Shown in pieces: positions 58,409 through 64,000 of a stretch of DNA of 64,000 bases (positions within the stretch are counted from its first letter, which is position 1; every line of letters begins with the position of its first letter). A program made the translations under genes and the position numbers. Below the pieces are notes generated by a model that worked only from the letters and a program-made list of their open reading frames with translations, searched no databases and was not told the origin of the DNA. The stretch comes from Escherichia coli (GTDB lineage: Bacteria > Pseudomonadota > Gammaproteobacteria > Enterobacterales > Enterobacteriaceae), in the NCBI RefSeq assembly GCF_017348835.2, contig NZ_CP071375.1; one strand, given 5' to 3'.

Positions 58409-61084
58409 TTAAGCGGATTTTTTCGCTTTTTTCTCAGCTTTAGCCGGAGCGGCTTCTTTTTTCGCTGCAGTTTCACCTTCTACATAATCACGACCGTAGT
58501 AGGTATCCAGCAGAATCTGTTTCAGCTCGGAGATCAGCGGGTAACGCGGGTTAGCGCCGGTGCACTGGTCATCGAATGCATCTTCAGACAGTTTATCCAC
58601 GTTCGCCAGGAAGTCTGCTTCCTGAACGCCAGCTTCACGGATAGATTTCGGAATACCCAGTTCAGCCTTCAGCGTTTCCAGCCATGCCAGCAGTTTCTCG
58701 ATCTTAGCAGCAGTACGGTCGCCCGGTGCGCTCAGACCCAGGTGGTCGGCAATTTCAGCATAACGACGGCGAGCCTGCGGACGGTCATACTGGCTGAATG
58801 CAGTCTGCTTGGTCGGGTTGTCGTTCGCATTGTAGCGAATAACGTTACAAATCAGCAGGGCGTTTGCCAGACCGTGCGGAATATGGAACTGGGAACCCAG
58901 TTTGTGCGCCATTGAGTGACATACACCCAGGAAGGCGTTCGCAAACGCGATACCCGCGATAGTCGCTGCACTGTGAACACGTTCACGCGCTACCGGATTT
59001 TTAGACCCTTCGTGGTAGGACGCTGGCAGATATTCTTTCAGCAGTTTCAGTGCCTGCAGAGCCTGACCATCAGAGAACTCAGATGCCAGTACAGAAACAT
59101 AAGCTTCCATGGCGTGAGTTACTGCGTCCAGACCACCGAAAGCACACAGGGACTTCGGCATGTCCATAACCAGGTTGGCGTCGACAATCGCCATATCCGG
59201 GGTCAGTGCATAGTCCGCCAGCGGGTATTTCTGACCAGTAGCGTCGTCAGTTACAACCGCAAACGGAGTGACTTCAGAACCTGTACCAGAAGTGGTGGTG
59301 ACAGCGATCATTTTCGCTTTCACGCCCATTTTCGGGAACTTGTAGATACGTTTACGGATATCCATAAAGCGCAGCGCCAGCTCTTCGAAGTGAGTTTCCG
59401 GATGTTCGTACATAACCCACATGATCTTCGCGGCGTCCATCGGGGAACCACCACCCAGCGCGATAATCACGTCTGGTTTGAAGGAGTTTGCCAGTTCTGC
59501 ACCTTTACGAACGATGCTCAGGGTCGGGTCCGCTTCTACTTCGAAGAAGACTTCAGTTTCAACGCCTGCTGCTTTCAGTACGGAAGTGATCTGATCAGCA
59601 TAACCATTGTTGAACAGGAAGCGGTCAGTCACGATGAGCGCACGTTTGTGGCCATCAGTAATCACTTCATCCAGCGCGATTGGCAGGGAGCCACGGCGGA
59701 AGTAGATAGATTTCGGAAGTTTGTGCCACAACATGTTTTCAGCTCGCTTAGCAACGGTTTTCTTGTTGATCAGGTGTTTCGGACCAACGTTTTCAGAGAT
59801 GGAGTTACCACCCCAGGAACCACAACCCAGAGTCAGGGAAGGTGCGAGTTTGAAGTTATACAGGTCACCGATACCACCCTGAGAAGCCGGGGTGTTAATC
59901 AGGATACGAGCCGTTTTCATTTTCTGACCGAAGTAAGAAACGCGAGCCGGTTGGTTATCCTGGTCAGTGTACAGGCAAGAGGTATGACCGATACCACCCA
60001 TAGCAACCAGTTTCTCTGCTTTTTCTACCGCGTCTTCGAAATCTTTAGCGCGGTACATTGCCAGAGTCGGGGACAGTTTTTCATGTGCGAACGGTTCGCT
60101 TTCATCAACAACGGTCACTTCACCGATCAGAATCTTGGTGTTTTCTGGTACAGAGAAGCCTGCCAGTTCAGCAATTTTATAGGCTGGCTGACCAACGATA
60201 GCCGCGTTCAGCGCACCGTTTTTCAGGATAACGTCCTGAACAGCTTTCAGCTCTTTACCCTGCAACAGATAGCCGCCGTGGGTTGCGAAACGTTCACGTA
60301 CTGCGTCATAAACAGAGTCAACAACAACAACGGACTGTTCAGAAGCACAGATTACGCCGTTGTCGAAGGTTTTGGACATCAGTACAGATGCAACTGCACG
60401 TTTGATATCAGCAGTTTCATCAATAACAACTGGAGTGTTACCCGCGCCTACACCGATAGCTGGTTTACCGGAGCTGTATGCGGCTTTAACCATGCCCGGA
60501 CCACCAGTCGCGAGGATCAGGTTGATGTCTGGGTGGTGCATCAGTGCGTTAGAAAGTTCAACAGAAGGTTGATCGATCCAGCCGATCAGATCTTTCGGAG
60601 CACCGGCAGCGATAGCAGCCTGCAGAACGATATCAGCCGCTTTGTTGGTGGCATCTTTTGCACGCGGGTGCGGGGAGAAGATAATGGCGTTACGGGTCTT
60701 CAGACTGATCAGCGATTTGAAGATAGCAGTTGAAGTCGGGTTAGTGGTCGGAACGATACCGCAAATAATACCGATTGGTTCAGCGATAGTGATGGTACCA
60801 AAAGTGTCGTCTTCAGACAGAACACCACAGGTTTTTTCATCTTTATAGGCGTTGTAGATATATTCAGAAGCAAAGTGGTTTTTGATCACTTTATCTTCGA
60901 CGATACCCATGCCGGATTCGGCAACGGCCATTTTCGCGAGTGGGATTCGAGCATCTGCAGCAGCCAGAGCGGCGGCGCGGAAGATTTTGTCTACTTGCTC
61001 TTGAGTGAAACTGGCATATTCACGCTGGGCTTTTTTTACACGCTCTACGAGTGCGTTAAGTTCAGCGACATTAGTAACAGCCAT
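58409..61084 (-). CDS. adhE: bifunctional acetaldehyde-CoA/alcohol dehydrogenase
   Basis: 891 aa [42 protein letters not shown]...; matches AdhE. Confidence 0.97.
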
Positions 61085-61560
61085 AATGCTCTCCTGATAA
61101 TGTTAAACTTTTTTAGTAAATCATCTGCTCGAATACGAGAGTATAGTCAGTGCGATGATGATTTGCTTAACCGATGAAAATCAAAAGCTTACTCGCGCTC
61201 ACACTCACTGTGATTTACTAAAAGAGTTTAAACATTAGAGTTATTATCTCTAATGCGTCACTTCCAGGTGGCGTAAGCAAGATTACTCACTTCTGGGTAC
61301 TGATTGCGTGATCCAAATCAAATTTTTGCAAAGCTGACACCTTTCAGCATCGCTTTTCGCCATTATAGCTAACAGTTAATAAATTGTAGTATGATTTGGT
61401 GGCTACATTAGCATGTTTTGCACAACTAGATAACAATAACGAATGATAGCAATTTTAAGTAGTTAGGAGGTGAAAAATGCTGTCAAAAGGCGTATTGTCA
61501 GCGCGTCTTTTCAACCTTATTTATGGCTAACATTATCCGGCTTTTGCTTCGGAGCTAACC

Positions 61561-62208
61561 GTGATTCAGACCCTTTTTGATTTTCCCGTTTACTTCAAAT
61601 TTTTCATCGGGTTATTTGCGCTGGTCAACCCGGTAGGGATTATTCCCGTCTTTATCAGCATGACCAGTTATCAGACAGCGGCAGCGCGAAACAAAACTAA
61701 CCTTACAGCCAACCTGTCTGTGGCCATTATCTTGTGGATCTCGCTTTTTCTCGGCGACACGATTCTACAACTTTTTGGTATATCAATTGATTCGTTCCGT
61801 ATCGCCGGGGGCATCCTGGTGGTGACGATAGCGATGTCGATGATCAGCGGCAAGCTTGGAGAGGATAAACAGAACAAGCAAGAAAAATCAGAAACCGCGG
61901 TACGTGAAAGCATTGGTGTGGTGCCACTGGCGTTGCCGTTGATGGCGGGGCCAGGGGCGATCAGTTCTACCATCGTCTGGGGTACGCGTTATCACAGCAT
62001 TAGCTATCTGTTTGGTTTCTTTGTGGCTATTGCATTGTTCGCTTTATGTTGTTGGGGATTGTTCCGCATGGCACCGTGGCTGGTACGGGTTTTACGCCAG
62101 ACCGGCATCAACGTGATTACGCGTATTATGGGGCTATTGTTGATGGCACTGGGGATTGAATTTATCGTTACTGGTATTAAGGGGATTTTCCCCGGCCTGC
62201 TTAATTAA
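61561..62208 (+). CDS. ychE: MarC-family inner-membrane protein
   Basis: 215 aa; GTG start; matches YchE. Confidence 0.9.
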   Translation: MIQTLFDFPVYFKFFIGLFALVNPVGIIPVFISMTSYQTAAARNKTNLTANLSVAIILWISLFLGDTILQLFGISIDSFRIAGGILVVTIAMSMISGKLGEDKQNKQEKSETAVRESIGVVPLALPLMAGPGAISSTIVWGTRYHSISYLFGFFVAIALFALCCWGLFRMAPWLVRVLRQTGINVITRIMGLLLMALGIEFIVTGIKGIFPGLLN

Positions 62209-62221
62209 TTCCTTTCAAATG

Positions 62222-62252
62222 AAACGGAGCTGCCATGCTCCGTTTACTTTGT
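62222..62252 (+). terminator. rho-independent terminator after ychE
   Basis: aaacggagc-tgccat-gctccgttt followed by T-rich tract. Confidence 0.65.
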
Positions 62253-62945
62253 CATTATTTTTACTTTGTTCCTGCGCAGTTATCAAAAGCAAAAGGAATA
62301 GGTAAAAATATTCTTCTCAAATTACAGTTAGTTATAAGGATTTCCTTAACTGCTTCTCTTCACCATCATGTTAATTTCGCCACATCATAATCCTGGGCTT
62401 GCTGAAGAATAATTGAAATGATATTAGTAATTCCACTGCCTTTGGTAGAGGAAAGTGCTAAATAATAATCAATTGTTAAATTATTGTGCATTTCACTACC
62501 GGAACTGTAATCAGAAAAGATAGACATGCTTAACCAATCTCTATTTGATTGAATTGAAAGATGTTTGTTAAGACATGGATGCAAGCTATAGATTCTGATA
62601 CGGTCAATAAAAGAGAATTGCTTAACAATTTTGCAAAATGTATTGGCGAGTAAGAAGCGCATTTGGTACTTTCCGGGCAACCGCCAGGCGATTCTTTATT
62701 GGTAATGAGAATAATTAACAATTAAAGAGCGTCGCGAAAGAATAATGTGTCTCGACAGGGGAGACACAGTACGAATCGACATAAGGTGATCGTCTGAATC
62801 ACCAGAATAAATAAAGTCGGTGATAGCAATCCGTAACGATAAAGTAACCTGACAGCAGAAAGTCTCCGAGCCTGTGCAGGGTCCCATTCCGGGATTACAC
62901 ATGCTGGTTAATACCAGTAATTATAATGAGGGAGTCCAAAAAACA

Positions 62946-64000
62946 ATGACCAACATCACCAAGAGAAGTTTAGTAGCAGCTGGCGTTCTGGCTGCGCTAA
63001 TGGCAGGGAATGTAGCGCTGGCAGCTGATGTACCCGCAGGCGTCACACTGGCGGAAAAACAAACGCTGGTACGTAACAATGGTTCAGAAGTTCAGTCATT
63101 AGATCCGCACAAAATTGAAGGTGTTCCGGAGTCTAATATCAGCCGAGACCTGTTTGAAGGCTTACTGGTCAGCGATCTTGACGGCCATCCGGCACCTGGC
63201 GTCGCTGAATCCTGGGATAATAAAGACGCGAAAGTCTGGACCTTCCATTTGCGTAAAGATGCGAAATGGTCTGATGGCACGCCAGTCACAGCACAAGACT
63301 TTGTGTATAGCTGGCAACGTTCTGTTGATCCGAACACTGCTTCTCCGTATGCCAGTTATCTGCAATATGGGCATATCGCCGGTATTGATGAAATTCTTGA
63401 AGGGAAAAAACCGATTACCGATCTCGGCGTGAAAGCTATTGATGATCACACATTAGAAGTCACCTTAAGTGAACCTGTTCCGTACTTCTATAAATTACTT
63501 GTTCACCCATCAACTTCACCGGTGCCAAAAGCCGCTATCGAGAAATTCGGCGAAAAATGGACCCAGCCTGGTAATATCGTCACCAACGGTGCCTATACCT
63601 TAAAAGATTGGGTCGTAAACGAACGAATCGTTCTTGAACGCAGCCCGACCTACTGGAACAACGCGAAAACCGTTATTAACCAGGTAACCTATTTGCCTAT
63701 TGCTTCTGAAGTTACCGATGTCAACCGCTACCGTAGTGGTGAAATCGACATGACGTATAACAATATGCCGATCGAATTGTTCCAGAAGCTGAAAAAAGAG
63801 ATCCCGGACGAAGTTCACGTTGATCCATACCTGTGCACTTACTATTACGAAATTAACAACCAGAAACCGCCATTCAACGATGTGCGTGTGCGTACCGCAC
63901 TGAAACTAGGTATGGACCGCGATATCATTGTTAATAAAGTGAAAGCGCAGGGCGACATGCCCGCCTATGGTTACACTCCACCGTATACTGATGGCGCAAA
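62946..64000 (+). CDS. oppA: oligopeptide ABC transporter periplasmic binding protein (5' part; continues beyond window)
   Basis: Manual translation from ATG 62946 MTNITKRSLVAAGVLAALMAGNVALAADVPAGVTLAEKQTLVRNNGSEVQSLDPHKIEGVPESN... matches OppA; no stop within window. Confidence 0.95.
   Translation, partial: MTNITKRSLVAAGVLAALMAGNVALAADVPAGVTLAEKQTLVRNNGSEVQSLDPHKIEGVPESNISRDLFEGLLVSDLDGHPAPGVAESWDNKDAKVWTFHLRKDAKWSDGTPVTAQDFVYSWQRSVDPNTASPYASYLQYGHIAGIDEILEGKKPITDLGVKAIDDHTLEVTLSEPVPYFYKLLVHPSTSPVPKAAIEKFGEKWTQPGNIVTNGAYTLKDWVVNERIVLERSPTYWNNAKTVINQVTYLPIASEVTDVNRYRSGEIDMTYNNMPIELFQKLKKEIPDEVHVDPYLCTYYYEINNQKPPFNDVRVRTALKLGMDRDIIVNKVKAQGDMPAYGYTPPYTDGA

Noticed and set aside
58916-60733. 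605-aa plus-strand ORF inside adhE
   Set aside because: Antisense to the intact 891-aa AdhE reading frame; low-complexity translation with no recognisable motifs.

Overview
This window is an Escherichia coli/Shigella-type chromosomal segment, collinear with the K-12 region treA-dhaMLK-dhaR-ycgV-ychF-pth-ychH-dauA-prs-ispE-lolB-hemA-prfA-prmC-sirB2-sirB1-kdsA-(ldr/rdl repeats)-chaABC-ychN-ychO-narLX-narK-narGHJI-tyrTV-purU-ychJ-rssAB-galU-hns-tdk-adhE-ychE-oppA. All identifications come from reading the supplied translations and DNA and recalling well-known protein sequences; no database search was run. Most of the window is ordinary core genome. The non-core content is: (1) a 6.2 kb minus-strand operon at the left edge (1..6205) encoding a TonB-dependent receptor, a ModD-like phosphoribosyltransferase paralog, a SAM-dependent methyltransferase and a FecB/FecCD/ATPase ABC importer, which is my best candidate for a poorly characterised system; (2) an IS629-like IS3-family element between ycgV and ychF; (3) two identical IS4-like elements in direct orientation, 1426 bp each with 12-bp target duplications, one inside an ldr/rdl toxin repeat and one splitting the adhE terminator hairpin; (4) tandem ldr type I toxin repeats. 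I could not verify novelty of any of these without a search. ORFs at the window edges are partial, and several ORF-track entries carry N-terminal extensions that I trimmed to the conserved start.
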